NCBI GenBank assembly: GCA_043809315.1
Contig: JAZDDX010000017.1
Location: forward strand, 1 to 64,000
Direction of reading: 5' to 3'
Length of the DNA stretch: 64,000 nucleotides
Source of the DNA: Pseudomonadota bacterium
GTDB taxonomy: Bacteria; Bdellovibrionota_G; JALEGL01; DATDPG01
The translations under genes and the position numbers were made by a program. Below are positions 18,102 through 30,922 of the stretch, piece by piece. Position 1 is the stretch's first letter. Each line of letters begins with the position of its first letter. The notes beneath the pieces were generated by a model. It was not told where the DNA came from. It did no database searches and saw nothing but the letters and a program-made list of their open reading frames with translations.

Positions 18102-18995
18102 CTACAAAAGGACGAGAACGGTGCCGCCGATGGCGAGAACGAGGGCGATCGCTTTCCACTTGGTGAGACGCTCTTTGAGGATCCAGACGGCAAGCGCCAC
18201 GACAAAAACGGAGCTCAGCTGGGTCAGAAGTCCGGCGATGTTCGCCGGGGCGTACTTGAAACCGCCGAGCCAGACGAGGAAGGCGAGGTAGCCGCCGAGA
18301 ACCGACCCGGGTACAAGTACTTTCCAAGACGGCTGCGGCCGGAAAATGCTCCAGATCTCGCGTCGCTTTGGATGAAGGAGCGCGTAGAGAATCATTCCGA
18401 CGGTCCCCCCTCCCATCCGGAGCGTCGCCGACCAGAGAATCGGGTAGTTCCCGAGAATCGGTTTGATGACGACGATCGCGATCCCCATGAACGCCATCGA
18501 AAGCGCTCCGTACGCCGTCCCTCTCCAAAAATCCTCCCGCGAAATCTCATGCTCGATCGTGTCGAACGAAGAGAGGAAGACGCCGGAAACGATGAGCAGC
18601 GCTCCAATGCTGGCGAGCAAGGTGAGCTTCTCCCCCAGGATCAGGTAAGCGAAGAGGATGATGAACGGGCTGTAGAGGCAGTCGACGATCGCCGATCGTG
18701 CGGCCCCGAGCCGGTTTAAGCTCGCGAAGAAGAGCGTGTCGGCCAGCGCGATCCCGACGACTCCGCTCCCGAAAATCCACCAGGCGTCGGCAGCTGTGGC
18801 GCCCGTGGGGAAGAATCCGCCGAAAAAGGGGAGGGTGGCGAGAAAGAGGGCGGTTCCGATCGTCCCTTTGAAAAGGTTGAGCGCGACCGGCGAGACCGAA
18901 AACCCCGCCACCCGGTACAGGAGAACCGAAATGGCCCAAATCAGGGCGTTGAAGAGCAGGAGAATCTCCCCCGCGAGCGGGAACGGCGGTTTCAT
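18102..18995 (-). CDS. EamA/DMT family transporter
   Basis: Ten TM helices in two repeats. Confidence 0.9.
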   Translation of the reverse strand: MKPPFPLAGEILLLFNALIWAISVLLYRVAGFSVSPVALNLFKGTIGTALFLATLPFFGGFFPTGATAADAWWIFGSGVVGIALADTLFFASLNRLGAARSAIVDCLYSPFIILFAYLILGEKLTLLASIGALLIVSGVFLSSFDTIEHEISREDFWRGTAYGALSMAFMGIAIVVIKPILGNYPILWSATLRMGGGTVGMILYALLHPKRREIWSIFRPQPSWKVLVPGSVLGGYLAFLVWLGGFKYAPANIAGLLTQLSSVFVVALAVWILKERLTKWKAIALVLAIGGTVLVLL

Positions 18996-19059
18996 GCGGC
19001 GTGGGGTTCTGTACCGAATCGCCCGCCGGTCGGCAATTTTTGTCTAGACGCGGCCCGAC

Positions 19060-19088
19060 TTTACGGACGGACGCGTCCGTCATATAAT
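19060..19088 (+). promoter_or_regulatory. Sigma-70 promoter with an embedded TetR operator
   Basis: TTTACG-17 nt-TATAAT; perfect palindrome GACGGACGCGTCCGTC at 19066-19081 fills the spacer. Confidence 0.8.
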
Positions 19089-19097
19089 TGGTCGGTC

Positions 19098-19736
19098 ATG
19101 AAAAGGGGGAGACCGGTCAACGAAGATCGCCGCGCCCGGCGCCGCGAGGAGATCCTCGACGTCGCAGCCCGGACCTTCGCGAGGCTCGGCTTTCCCGGCG
19201 CCGATCTCCAGGTCGTGGCGGACGAACTCGGAGTCGGAAAGGGGACCCTCTACCGGTACTTCCCGAGCAAGCACGACCTCTTCCTGGCGACGGTCGACTG
19301 GGAGATGCGACGGCTTCTGGCCCACCTCGACGCCATCGAAGCGCAGGTCCCCGACCCGCTCGACCAGATCGCGGCCGGAATCCGGTCGTACCTCGCTTTC
19401 TTCGACCGTCATCCGGAATCGATCGAACTCCTGATCCAGGAGCGAGGGGAGTTTCGGGACCGGAAGCGGCCGACCTATTTCCAGTATCACGACGCGAACG
19501 TCGGGAAGTGGAGAGAGTTCTTCCGCGACCTGATGCGCAAGGGATGCGTGCGGAAAATGCGTGTCGATGACATCCTCGACGTTCTTGGCGATCTTCTCTA
19601 CGGGACGATCTTTATCAACCATTTCGCGGGGCGCAAGGAACGGCTCGAAGCCCAGTCCCGGCGGATCCTGAACGTCGTCTTCTTCGGCATCCTGACCGAC
19701 CGCGAACGGAAGCGGTTTCATAAGGGGAAAAAATGA
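19098..19736 (+). CDS. TetR/AcrR family regulator
   Basis: ILDVAARTFA..GF....VADELGVGKGTLYRYFPSK. Confidence 0.95.
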   Translation: MKRGRPVNEDRRARRREEILDVAARTFARLGFPGADLQVVADELGVGKGTLYRYFPSKHDLFLATVDWEMRRLLAHLDAIEAQVPDPLDQIAAGIRSYLAFFDRHPESIELLIQERGEFRDRKRPTYFQYHDANVGKWREFFRDLMRKGCVRKMRVDDILDVLGDLLYGTIFINHFAGRKERLEAQSRRILNVVFFGILTDRERKRFHKGKK

Positions 19737-21085
19737 ACCTTCGTGTCGTATCGGGCGTCTTACTCTTGATGCTGGTTTCTGTCGGGAGCGCAACCGCCCA
19801 GGAGATGACGCTCACGTTGCCGCAGGCGATCGAGCTGGCGATGGAGCGGAACATCGACATCGCGGTCGCCGGCATGGACCTCCAGACGTTCCGGGAGGAG
19901 TACCGGCGCGCCATCGCCTCGGCGATCGGGGATCTCAAAGCGACCGCGGGGTACACACGCAACCTAAAGAAGGGGGCGGTCTTCTTCTCCGTTCCGAATG
20001 CGACGACCGGTCTTCCGGGTCCTCCGCAGAAGATCACGATCGGGGCGGACAACGCCTTTTCCTCCGGGCTCCGTTTCGACCAGCCGCTCTTTTCCGGCGG
20101 ACGCGTCGCCGCCGGGATGCGGGGGGGGAAGGTCCAGATCGAGGCGGGGGAGGAGCGGCTCAAGGGGACGAAGGAGGAGGTCGTCTTCACGGTGAAACGG
20201 CTCTTCTACGCCTACCTCCTGGCTGACTCGACGACCGCGATCCAGGCAGATAACCGGAAGCTCTCCAACGAACATCTCGCGACGATTCGCGAGCGGTACC
20301 GGCAGGGGCTCGACAGCGATCTCGTGGTGCTCCGGCAGAACGTCGAGGTGGCGAGCGCCGAGACCGCCCTGATCCAGGCTCGGAACCTGAAAGATCTCTC
20401 CCTCACGAATTTTCAGAAGATCCTGGCTCTCGACGTCGACCGGCCGCTGACTCTCGTCGGAAAGCTCGATCCTCCCGGAGGGGATCTCCCCTCCTACGAA
20501 ACGGTGGGGAAAGCGGCGTTGGAGAAGAACACGGAGTACGCCGCTGCGCGGAAGATGACGCTTCTCTCGGAAGAGGCGCACAAGGTCTACCGGGCGGAGC
20601 GGTTCCCGGATCTCGACGGGTTCGTCGACTACAGTTGGCAGGGGCAGTCGGACGATTTCGCCCCCGGCCCGACACAGCGGTACGATTCGCTCAGCGCCGG
20701 GCTGAAACTCGAGTGGAAGCTGTTCACCGGCGGGGAGACCCGGGCCCGGATCGCGGAAGCGCGGATCGCGATCAACCGCGCCCGGAAAGAAGAGGAGAAA
20801 ATCCGCCGCGAAATCCAGGTTCAGGTGAAGCAGCAGTGGCTTGGCGTGACGGAAGCCAGGGAACGGGCCCGCTCCCAGGAGACCGCTGTCGGTGAGGCCG
20901 AGAGGGTGCTTGCGGCGACGGAGGTCCGATACAAACAGGGGCATGCGAGCCAACTCGAGCTGAACGATGCGACGTTCGCCTTGAATCGCGCGCGAACGAT
21001 TTTCGCACAGGCAAGTCACGATTTCTGGGTGGCGCGGGCCGGGCTCGAACGGGTGACCGGAGCATCTATGGAGGAAATACGATGA
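19733..21085 (+). CDS. TolC family outer-membrane efflux protein
   Basis: Signal peptide; LTL.QAI..A..RN; OEP repeats. Confidence 0.9.
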   Translation: MNLRVVSGVLLLMLVSVGSATAQEMTLTLPQAIELAMERNIDIAVAGMDLQTFREEYRRAIASAIGDLKATAGYTRNLKKGAVFFSVPNATTGLPGPPQKITIGADNAFSSGLRFDQPLFSGGRVAAGMRGGKVQIEAGEERLKGTKEEVVFTVKRLFYAYLLADSTTAIQADNRKLSNEHLATIRERYRQGLDSDLVVLRQNVEVASAETALIQARNLKDLSLTNFQKILALDVDRPLTLVGKLDPPGGDLPSYETVGKAALEKNTEYAAARKMTLLSEEAHKVYRAERFPDLDGFVDYSWQGQSDDFAPGPTQRYDSLSAGLKLEWKLFTGGETRARIAEARIAINRARKEEEKIRREIQVQVKQQWLGVTEARERARSQETAVGEAERVLAATEVRYKQGHASQLELNDATFALNRARTIFAQASHDFWVARAGLERVTGASMEEIR

Positions 21086-21948
21086 GCGAACGACGGGTCT
21101 TACTGTTGATACTGGCCGCAACCGGCCTTCTGTCAGCCTGCCAACGGGGGGAGGGGGATTCGAAACGGTTGGAGACCTTCCCGGTCCGCGTGGAGCCGGC
21201 GCAGATCCGGAATCTGGAGGAGACGATCACGTTGGTGGGTTCGATCAAGGCGCGCGACGAGGCGCAGCTTTTTTCCCGTGTTCCGGGGAAGCTCTTGAAG
21301 AACCTAGTCAAAGAGGGGGATCGGATCGCGAAGAACGCACCGGTTGCATTGGTGGAGCGGGACGAGGTCGGGGTTAAGTTCGAGCCGGCACCGGTCCCCT
21401 CGACGCTGACCGGGGTCGTGGCGCGCATCTTCCTCGACACCGGGGCGAACGTCACCCTTTCGACGCCGATCGCCTTCGTGGTCGATCCGAGCGAGGTCCT
21501 GGCGCAAGGGGAGATCCCGGAGCGGTATTCGGGGCGGGTGGCCGCGAATCAGGAGGTCCGCGTTCGCGTGGATGCGTACCCGGATCGCCTGTTCGACGGG
21601 AAGATCACCCGCTTGAGTCCGGTGGTCGACGCGACCACGCGCAGTACATATATGGAGGCGAGTCTCAAGAACCCCGCCGGGCTGCTGCGTTCGGGGATGT
21701 TCGCCAAGGTGGAGGTCGTTCTCGTGAAGCGGGACGGAGCGCTTTCGGTCCCGCTGGATGCTCTGCTCGAAGGGACCAACACGATCTTCGTCTCCCGGGA
21801 TGGGAAAGCGGAGAAGCGTGATCTTTCGATCGGCTTGCACGCAGAGAAGTTCGTCGAGGTGAAATCGGGTCTGGCGGCCGGGGAGAAGGTCGTCACGTTC
21901 GGTCTCTTCGGCCTCAAAGACGGAAGCGCGCTGGAGATCCTCCCTTGA
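21082..21948 (+). CDS. RND periplasmic adaptor (MFP)
   Basis: Lipobox LSAC; lipoyl halves; SPVVD..TR, LRSGMF. Confidence 0.9.
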   Translation: MSERRVLLLILAATGLLSACQRGEGDSKRLETFPVRVEPAQIRNLEETITLVGSIKARDEAQLFSRVPGKLLKNLVKEGDRIAKNAPVALVERDEVGVKFEPAPVPSTLTGVVARIFLDTGANVTLSTPIAFVVDPSEVLAQGEIPERYSGRVAANQEVRVRVDAYPDRLFDGKITRLSPVVDATTRSTYMEASLKNPAGLLRSGMFAKVEVVLVKRDGALSVPLDALLEGTNTIFVSRDGKAEKRDLSIGLHAEKFVEVKSGLAAGEKVVTFGLFGLKDGSALEILP

Positions 21949-24900
21949 AGCTGGCGGATGTCAGCATCCGGCGCCCGGTCTTCGCGACGATGATGATCGC
22001 CGCGCTGGTGGTGCTCGGCCTCTTTTCGTATCTGCGACTCGGGGTCGACCTTTTCCCCAACATCGACGTTCCCGTCGTCACGGTCTCCACCACCCTCCGC
22101 GGGGGGAGCCCGGAGGAGATCGAGAGTTCGGTCACGAAACCGCTCGAAGAGGCGATCAACACGATCTCCGGGATCGATAACCTCCGCTCGATCAACTTCG
22201 AGGGGTTGAGCATGGTCGTAGCGACGTTCGTTCTGGAAAAGAACGTCGATGTCGCCTCGCAAGAGGTCCGGGACGCGGTCAACCGGGTTCTCAAAGACCT
22301 CCCGCTTGGAACCGAGCCGCCGGTCGTCGCGAAGATCGATTTCGCCTCGGCCCCCGTTCTCTCGATCGCCGTCAGCGGGAATGCCCCGATCCGGGAGATC
22401 ACCGAGATCGCCCGGAAGCGGATCAAGGAACCGCTCGAAACGGTCTCCGGCGTCGGAAAGATCACGATGGTTGGGGGACGCGAGCGCGAGATCCACGTCA
22501 TCGTGAACCCGCTCAAGCTCGCGGCGTTCAAACTCCCGATCAAGGAGGTGAAAGACGCCCTGGTCCAGCAGAACATCGAGATTCCCGGGGGGCGTGTCGA
22601 TCAGGGGAACCGGGAGCTGGTGTTGCGGACGATGGGGCGGATCTCCTCCCCCGAAGGGTTCGAGAAGGTCGTCATCAAGAACGTCAGCGGGGTTCCGATC
22701 CGGATCCGGGACGTCGGGCGCGTGGAGGATACCGAGGAGGAACCGAGGAATCTGGCGCGCCTCGACGGGACCGCGATGGTGTCGCTCGTCGTTCAGAAAC
22801 AGTCGGGAACCAACACGATCGACGTCATCGCGAAGATCAAAGAAAGGCTTTCGGAGATGGCTCGCACGCTTCCTCCGGGGTTCAAGGCGGAGGTGGTGCG
22901 GGATCAATCCGGGTTCATCTTAGGCTCGGTCCATACGGTGCAGGAGCACCTGATCCTCGGCGCGATCCTCGCCAGCCTCGCGGTTCTGCTCTTCATGGGA
23001 AGTCTCCGGAGCACGCTCATCGCTTCCGTTGCCATCCCGACTTCGATCGTGGCGACATTCGTTCTGATGGATGCGGCGAAATTCACGCTTAACAACATGA
23101 CGCTTCTCGCGCTGGCGCTCGCCGTCGGGGTCGTCATCGATGACGCGATCGTGGTGCTCGAGAACATCTTCCGTCACATGGAGGAGAAAAAGGAGGGGCG
23201 GGTCCCGGCGTCGCACGCCGCCACGAAGGAGATCGGTCTTGCGGTTCTGGCGACGACCACATCGCTCATCATTATATTCCTGCCGCTCGCGTACATGCCG
23301 GGGATCGTCGGCCGGTTTCTCCGGAGTTTCGGTTTGACCGTCGCTTTCGCGATCGCCGTCAGCCTGTTTGTGGCCTTTACGCTGATCCCGATGCTCTGTT
23401 CGCGCTTTCTCAAAGTGGACCACGGATCGCGGAACTGGATGCAGGCGGGGACCGACCGGATGAACGACCGTCTCCGCGAGCGATACGGGAAGCTCGTCGT
23501 TTGGGCCCTCGGACATCGCAGACTCGTCGTCGGCGTCGCAGTTGTCACGATCCTCTCGATTGTTCCGCTTCTCCGCTTCGTCGGGAAAGACTTTATCCCC
23601 CCCGACGACCAGGGGGAGTTCCAACTGAATGTCAAAGCCCCCGAAGGGACCTCTCTCCAGGCAACCGACAGGATTCTTCAACAGCTGGAGGCGGAGATCC
23701 GCCGGCTCCCCGCCGTCGACCGTCTCTTGACCTCGATCGGGGAAGCGGAAGGTTCCGGGGTGAATGACGGGCAGATCTACGTCAAGATGAAGCCGCCCAA
23801 TCAAAGAAAAGAGACCCAGTTCCAGGTGATGACGGCGGCGCGGAAGGCGCTTGCCAAATACGAAGGAACTGGGCTTCGGCTTTCGGTGTCGAACGTGAAC
23901 ATGATCTCCACCGGCGCTTTCAAGTCGGTCGACTTCAACTACGTGGTGGTCGGTCCCGAGCTCGACAAATTGCGCGAATATTCCTCTGCGATCGCGGCTG
24001 GCCTGCGCAAGGAAAAGGGGATCGTCGATGTCGACACGAGCCTCGTCTTCGCGAAACCGGAGATCAAAGTAAGGATCGACCGGGACCGGGCGCAGGACTT
24101 AGGCGTCAAGATCGAGGATATCGCCAACTCTCTCCGGACGATGGTCGGGGGGGAGGAGGACATCACGAAATACAAGGAGGGGGACGACCTGTACCAGGTC
24201 CGTCTCCGCGCCGACAAAAGCTACCGCGACCAGCCGGAGGTGATCTCCGCCCTCCTGGTTCCCTCCTTGAAAGTGATTTCCACCCGCCTGGACAACGTGG
24301 CAAGCCTGGTGGAGGAAAAAGGGCCGTCGCAGATCGACCGGATGAACCGGCAGCGGCAGGTAACGATCACCGCGAACCTCCAAGGGGCTCCGGTCGGGGA
24401 CGCGATCGCCAAGGCGGAGGCGATCTCAAAGTCGCTCAATATGGCCCCCGAATACCAGACGCTCCTGATCGGCAAAGAGAAGGAGTTCAAACGGATGCTG
24501 ACCAGCTTCTTGATGGCTTTTCTTCTGGCGATGATCTTCATGTACATGGTGCTCGCGTCGCAGTTCGAGAGTTTCCTTCACCCGATCACGATCATGCTGT
24601 CGCTTCCTCTCTCGATCCCGTTCGCCGTCCTTTCGCTTCTGATGACCGGGCAGAACCTCACGATCTTCTCCCTCATGGGGACGTTCATGCTGTTCGGGAT
24701 CGTCAAAAAGAACGCGATCCTGCAGGTCGACTATACGAATACCCTCCGGAAGGAGGGGATGGAGCGGAACAAGGCGATTCTCGAGGCGAACAAGACACGG
24801 CTCCGTCCGATCCTGATGACGACGGTGGTCCTCGTTGCGGCGATGGTCCCGGTCGCGTTCGGAAAGGGACCGGGAGCTGCAAACCGGGCGGCGATGGCGG

Positions 24901-25013
24901 TCGTCATCATCGGAGGGCAGACCCTCTGCCTCCTGATCACCCTTCTCATCACCCCTGTGGCATACTCCCTCTTCGACGATGCCACGGAGTGGCTGAAACG
25001 AAGGTTCGGATGA
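21945..25013 (+). CDS. RND (AcrB-family) efflux permease
   Basis: RRPVFA, GVVIDDAIVVLENI, GIVKKNAIL, RLRPILMT. Confidence 0.97.
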   Translation: MKLADVSIRRPVFATMMIAALVVLGLFSYLRLGVDLFPNIDVPVVTVSTTLRGGSPEEIESSVTKPLEEAINTISGIDNLRSINFEGLSMVVATFVLEKNVDVASQEVRDAVNRVLKDLPLGTEPPVVAKIDFASAPVLSIAVSGNAPIREITEIARKRIKEPLETVSGVGKITMVGGREREIHVIVNPLKLAAFKLPIKEVKDALVQQNIEIPGGRVDQGNRELVLRTMGRISSPEGFEKVVIKNVSGVPIRIRDVGRVEDTEEEPRNLARLDGTAMVSLVVQKQSGTNTIDVIAKIKERLSEMARTLPPGFKAEVVRDQSGFILGSVHTVQEHLILGAILASLAVLLFMGSLRSTLIASVAIPTSIVATFVLMDAAKFTLNNMTLLALALAVGVVIDDAIVVLENIFRHMEEKKEGRVPASHAATKEIGLAVLATTTSLIIIFLPLAYMPGIVGRFLRSFGLTVAFAIAVSLFVAFTLIPMLCSRFLKVDHGSRNWMQAGTDRMNDRLRERYGKLVVWALGHRRLVVGVAVVTILSIVPLLRFVGKDFIPPDDQGEFQLNVKAPEGTSLQATDRILQQLEAEIRRLPAVDRLLTSIGEAEGSGVNDGQIYVKMKPPNQRKETQFQVMTAARKALAKYEGTGLRLSVSNVNMISTGAFKSVDFNYVVVGPELDKLREYSSAIAAGLRKEKGIVDVDTSLVFAKPEIKVRIDRDRAQDLGVKIEDIANSLRTMVGGEEDITKYKEGDDLYQVRLRADKSYRDQPEVISALLVPSLKVISTRLDNVASLVEEKGPSQIDRMNRQRQVTITANLQGAPVGDAIAKAEAISKSLNMAPEYQTLLIGKEKEFKRMLTSFLMAFLLAMIFMYMVLASQFESFLHPITIMLSLPLSIPFAVLSLLMTGQNLTIFSLMGTFMLFGIVKKNAILQVDYTNTLRKEGMERNKAILEANKTRLRPILMTTVVLVAAMVPVAFGKGPGAANRAAMAVVIIGGQTLCLLITLLITPVAYSLFDDATEWLKRRFG

Positions 25014-26254
25014 AAAAAATTCTCGCGATCGGATCTCTGGTCTTTTTGACGACCGTCGCATCGGCCGAAGAGTTGACGTGGGATGTGTGCGTAGCGGAGG
25101 CCTCGCGCGGGAACGCCGATCTCTCCGTCGCGCGCTCCAACCTCGACGCGGCACGCTTCCAAAAGAGAGCGGCGTTTTCCCCGTTCCTTCCCCAGGTTGC
25201 AGGAGAGCTCGCGATTTCGCGGGGGAACACCGGCGCGAACGGCGTCACGCAAAACGATTATTCGATCGGAGCGACCGGAAGGCAGAATCTGTTCTCCGGA
25301 TTTCAAGACCGGGCCAAATTCGACCAAGCGGCCGGGAATGAGGAACTCCTCGGGGCGAGCTACGACCTCGCACGTGCCAAGGCGAGTTCCGATTTGAAAT
25401 CCGCCTTCGCCGGTCTTCGCTACGCGCAGGATTCGATCGTTCTGACCGACCAGATCGCCAAGCGAAGAGAGGGGAACTTGAGCCTCGTTGAACTCCGCTT
25501 TGAAGGGGGGCGGGAGAACAAGGGATCGTATTTCCTGTCGAAGGCGGCGCTCCACCAGTCCCGTTTCGAAAGCCTGCAGGCGAAAAACGCAGTCGAGGTG
25601 ACCCGACAACAGCTCGCCCGGATCTTGGGAAGGAACGAAGCGGACGAACTGGCGGCTTCGGGAACGGTCCCGCTGACCGAGCCGGGAGAGCCACCCGTTT
25701 TCGGGCGCCTCGTCCCGCTCACTCCGGCCCATCGTCAGGTGGAGGCGCAGGAGAAGATCAGCCAAGCCGCGCTGGCCCTGGCCCGATCGCAGTTCTATCC
25801 GAGCCTCGACGCGAGCGGTTCGTACGGGAAAGGGGGGAGCGAGTGGTTCCCCGACACGACCCGCTGGAGCCTCGGACTCACGCTCTCGGTCCCGCTCTTC
25901 TCCGGAGGGAAAGATTACTACACCGCCAAGGCGGCATCGGCGTCGCTCGCGGCGGCGTTTTCGAACCGCGAGAACATCGACCGGCAGGTATTAACGAGCC
26001 TCAAACAGGCGTACACCGCGTATGTGGAAGCGGCGGAGAAGGTGAAAGTGGATCAGGAGTTTCTCGACGCCTCGACAGTTCGTGCCGAGATCGCGCGGCA
26101 CAAGTACAACAACGGCCTCCTCTCGTTCGAGGACTGGGACATCATCGAAAACGACCTGATCGCGAGGCAGAAGGCGTTTCTCCAGACCCGTCGCGATCGG
26201 GTATCAGCAGAAGCGGCCTGGGAACAGGCGCAGGGAAAAGGGGTGATTCGGTGA
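25010..26254 (+). CDS. Second TolC family protein
   Basis: ATGA overlap with the RND stop; signal peptide; A..QFYPSL.ASG.Y, PLFSGG. Confidence 0.88.
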   Translation: MKKILAIGSLVFLTTVASAEELTWDVCVAEASRGNADLSVARSNLDAARFQKRAAFSPFLPQVAGELAISRGNTGANGVTQNDYSIGATGRQNLFSGFQDRAKFDQAAGNEELLGASYDLARAKASSDLKSAFAGLRYAQDSIVLTDQIAKRREGNLSLVELRFEGGRENKGSYFLSKAALHQSRFESLQAKNAVEVTRQQLARILGRNEADELAASGTVPLTEPGEPPVFGRLVPLTPAHRQVEAQEKISQAALALARSQFYPSLDASGSYGKGGSEWFPDTTRWSLGLTLSVPLFSGGKDYYTAKAASASLAAAFSNRENIDRQVLTSLKQAYTAYVEAAEKVKVDQEFLDASTVRAEIARHKYNNGLLSFEDWDIIENDLIARQKAFLQTRRDRVSAEAAWEQAQGKGVIR

Positions 26255-27216
26255 GGAAGAGAACGAAAATCGTTGGCGGCGCGCTCCTTTCGGTGGTCGC
26301 GGCCGGGGTTCTGACCTACCGATGCAACCGGACTCCCGCACTTTCTCCCGACTACACCGAAGTCCGGATCACGCGCGGAGATCTCCAGATGAAAGTTTTG
26401 AGCACCGGCGTGGTGCAGGCGGAGAACCGCCTCGAGATCAAACCGCCGATCCCCGGGCGCGTGGAGGAGGTGTACGTCGACGAGGGGAAGTTCGTCCGGA
26501 AGGGGCAGAAGCTGGCGCTCATGAGTTCGTCGGAACGGGCCGCGCTGCTGGATGCCGCGCGGGGAAAAAGTCCCGAGGAGGTGAAGCGGTGGGAAGAGTT
26601 CTACCAGGCGGCGCCGATCCTGGCGCCGATCGACGGGACGATCATCCTCCGGGCCGTCGAGCCAGGGCAGACGGTAAATCAAGACACGCTCCTCGTGATG
26701 GCGGATCGCCTGACGGTCAAAGCCCAGGTCGATGAGACCGACATCGCGGAGATCCGCCTGAAACAAAGAGCGGAGATCGTTCTCGACGCTTATCCGAAAC
26801 AGAGAATCCCCGCACAGGTCGATCAGATCGCCTACGACGCCAAGACGATCAACAACGTGACCACCTACATCGTCGACGTTCTTCCCGATCAGACCCCTCC
26901 CGCGATGCGGAGCGGGATGACCGCCAACGTCACCTTCTACGCCGAGACAAAACAGGGGGTGCTTCGGATCCCGAGCGCCGGCGTTAAGACCCGGGAGGGG
27001 CACTCGTTCGCCCTGACCCCCTCCTCCGAGTCGGGTGGAACCCCCGTCGAGCGGGAGATCCGGATCGGGTTGAACGACGGGAAGACCGCGGAGGTGGTTT
27101 CGGGGTTGGAAGCGGGAGAAACGATCCTCGTTCCCCGGCTGACCTCCGAAAAAGACGGGGCGTCCAAGGGGAAGACCAACCCGTTCGCGCCGTTCGCCCC
27201 GCGCCGCGCGCGGTGA
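26251..27216 (+). CDS. macA: MacA-like periplasmic adaptor
   Basis: GTG start overlapping the TolC stop; APIDGTII, VDETDI, RSGMTANV. Confidence 0.85.
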   Translation: MRKRTKIVGGALLSVVAAGVLTYRCNRTPALSPDYTEVRITRGDLQMKVLSTGVVQAENRLEIKPPIPGRVEEVYVDEGKFVRKGQKLALMSSSERAALLDAARGKSPEEVKRWEEFYQAAPILAPIDGTIILRAVEPGQTVNQDTLLVMADRLTVKAQVDETDIAEIRLKQRAEIVLDAYPKQRIPAQVDQIAYDAKTINNVTTYIVDVLPDQTPPAMRSGMTANVTFYAETKQGVLRIPSAGVKTREGHSFALTPSSESGGTPVEREIRIGLNDGKTAEVVSGLEAGETILVPRLTSEKDGASKGKTNPFAPFAPRRAR

Positions 27217-27219
27217 AGA

Positions 27220-29169
<1,950 letters not shown>

Positions 29170-29294
29170 CGACTCACCTGAGTCCGACTTGCGAACCCTC
29201 ACGGTTCCGCCCCTTCTCTAACTCCTCGAATTGTTGAGAGTCACTCCTCGGTACGAGAAATGCTCCGGGAGGGGAGGTGAAGGCGTTGATTAAA

Positions 29295-29312
29295 GGTACA
29301 TAAATATGTACC
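29295..29312. promoter_or_regulatory. Palindromic operator upstream of the TA operon
   Basis: GGTACATA-AA-TATGTACC. Confidence 0.65.
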
Positions 29313-29313
29313 A

Positions 29314-29652
29314 TTGGAGGTGAGCTTGAGGAAGCTCGAGGCGTACACGGCCCCGAACGGTCGGAAGCCGTTTGAAGAGTGTACCGAAGCATTACCCGAA
29401 GAGGTCAAGGCCCGGATCGATGCGTATGTTGAACGCGTACGGGGCGGGGCGGCTCGCCGGAATGTGAGGAGGCTGAAAGGGGCTGGTGGCATCTCGGAGA
29501 TCCGGATCGATACAGGGCCGGGATACCGGGTTTATTTTGGAGGGGGCGGGGACACGTTGGTGCTTCTGGACGGCGGGACGAAACGGACCCAAGAGCAGGA
29601 CATCGACAAGGCAGAACAGTACTGGAGGGCGTATCATGAGACGATCGTATAA
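29314..29652 (+). CDS. RelE/ParE-superfamily (HigB-like 'addiction module killer') toxin
   Basis: Y...NG..PF..., GISEIRIDTGPGYRVYF, LL.GG.K.TQ..DI..A. Confidence 0.85.
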   Translation: MEVSLRKLEAYTAPNGRKPFEECTEALPEEVKARIDAYVERVRGGAARRNVRRLKGAGGISEIRIDTGPGYRVYFGGGGDTLVLLDGGTKRTQEQDIDKAEQYWRAYHETIV

Positions 29653-29929
29653 TTACAGTGAGGTCATCAGCCGGAGACTCCGAAACCCCGTCTACGCCCG
29701 GGCGTTCCTGGATACCCTGATGGAAGAGCCCGATGGCCTGACGCCGGTGGATGCTTTACGAAGCATGATCGAGGTGATGGGGATCACCGAGTTTGCGAAA
29801 CTGGCGAAAGTTCCAAAGTCACGTGTGATCGAATTCACGAAGGACAAACGAACGTTCAAGCCCGCTACACTCGATCTGTTGATCAAGCCGTTCAAGCTTC
29901 GAACACGACTGATCTTCGTGCCGGTCTAA
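29636..29929 (+). CDS. Cognate HTH antitoxin
   Basis: ATG at 29636 overlapping the toxin; L.NP.YA..FL, AL..., GI.EFAK.A, P..TL. Confidence 0.75.
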   Translation: MRRSYNYSEVISRRLRNPVYARAFLDTLMEEPDGLTPVDALRSMIEVMGITEFAKLAKVPKSRVIEFTKDKRTFKPATLDLLIKPFKLRTRLIFVPV

Positions 29930-30198
29930 AAGACCGGATTCCGGTCACCACGTCTCGGAGCCGTGGCAGCTGACGCAGAGTTCGGTGGGGTCGGTCGGGT
30001 TCGATTCGGTGAGCGACGGATCGCCTTCATGTACATCCGGAGACGGGCGATAGGTAGCAAGCTCCGGACCAGGTTTGGTTTGAATGAATTCAGCTACTTG
30101 GGACCACTTGACGGGGCGCGTGTGAAAAGAAGTTTGCTCGATCAATGACTTCATTGCGAGGTGTGGATTCGTAAGAAAAAAGGATTAGGCTTCCCGGC

Positions 30199-30837
30199 AT
30201 GAAGGCGATGGTTCGGGAAGAGATCGAAGTCTACGCGCGGACGCATTCGACACCGGCGAACCCGTTGTTGGAGGAGCTGGAGAAGGCGACTCGGGAGATG
30301 ATGAAAGATGCGCAGATGCTGACCGGCCCGGTGGAGGCGGGACTGCTCAAGCTTCTGGTCGGGAACACGCATGCGAAGCGGGTGATCGAGGTGGGGATGT
30401 TCACGGGGTACGGGACGCTTTCGATGGCGGAGGCGCTTCCGGAGGACGGAAAGATCATCGCGTGCGAGGTCGATCCGGAGCGGATCCAGTTTGCGAAGAA
30501 ATATTTCGAGCGTTCGCCGCACGGGAGGAAGATCGAGGTGTGGGAAGGGAATGCGTATCAGACGATGCGGAGTCTGGTGCCGCCGTACGATCTCATCTTC
30601 ATCGATGCGGAGAAGACCGGCTACGACGCCTATTACGAGGAGGCGATTCGCCTCTTGCGGGTGGGGGGGTTGGTCGTTCTGGACAACATGCTGATGGCCG
30701 GGAAAGTCCTCGAACCGAATGATCCCGAAAGCAAAGCCGTCGATGCGCTCAATCGGAAGATCTCACACGACAAGAGAGTGGAGGCGGTGTTGTTGACCAT
30801 TCGAGATGGGGTGGTGGTGGGGAGGAAGAAGAACTGA
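30199..30837 (+). CDS. Class I SAM O-methyltransferase (caffeoyl-CoA OMT-like)
   Basis: IEVGMFTGYG, DLIFIDAEK, GG.VVLDN, TIRDG. Confidence 0.92.
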   Translation: MKAMVREEIEVYARTHSTPANPLLEELEKATREMMKDAQMLTGPVEAGLLKLLVGNTHAKRVIEVGMFTGYGTLSMAEALPEDGKIIACEVDPERIQFAKKYFERSPHGRKIEVWEGNAYQTMRSLVPPYDLIFIDAEKTGYDAYYEEAIRLLRVGGLVVLDNMLMAGKVLEPNDPESKAVDALNRKISHDKRVEAVLLTIRDGVVVGRKKN

Positions 30838-30922
30838 GGACAGATCTTAGGGTTAGACACCAAGGTCCACAAAAGCTTTCCGCTCCATCCTCCCCGTGTT
30901 ATCTCAGACGCACCGGTGCACG

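Noticed and set aside
29945-30154. Short ORFs or ncRNA between the TA pair and the O-methyltransferase
   Set aside because: No recognisable motif; GGTTCGATT alone does not give a tRNA cloverleaf
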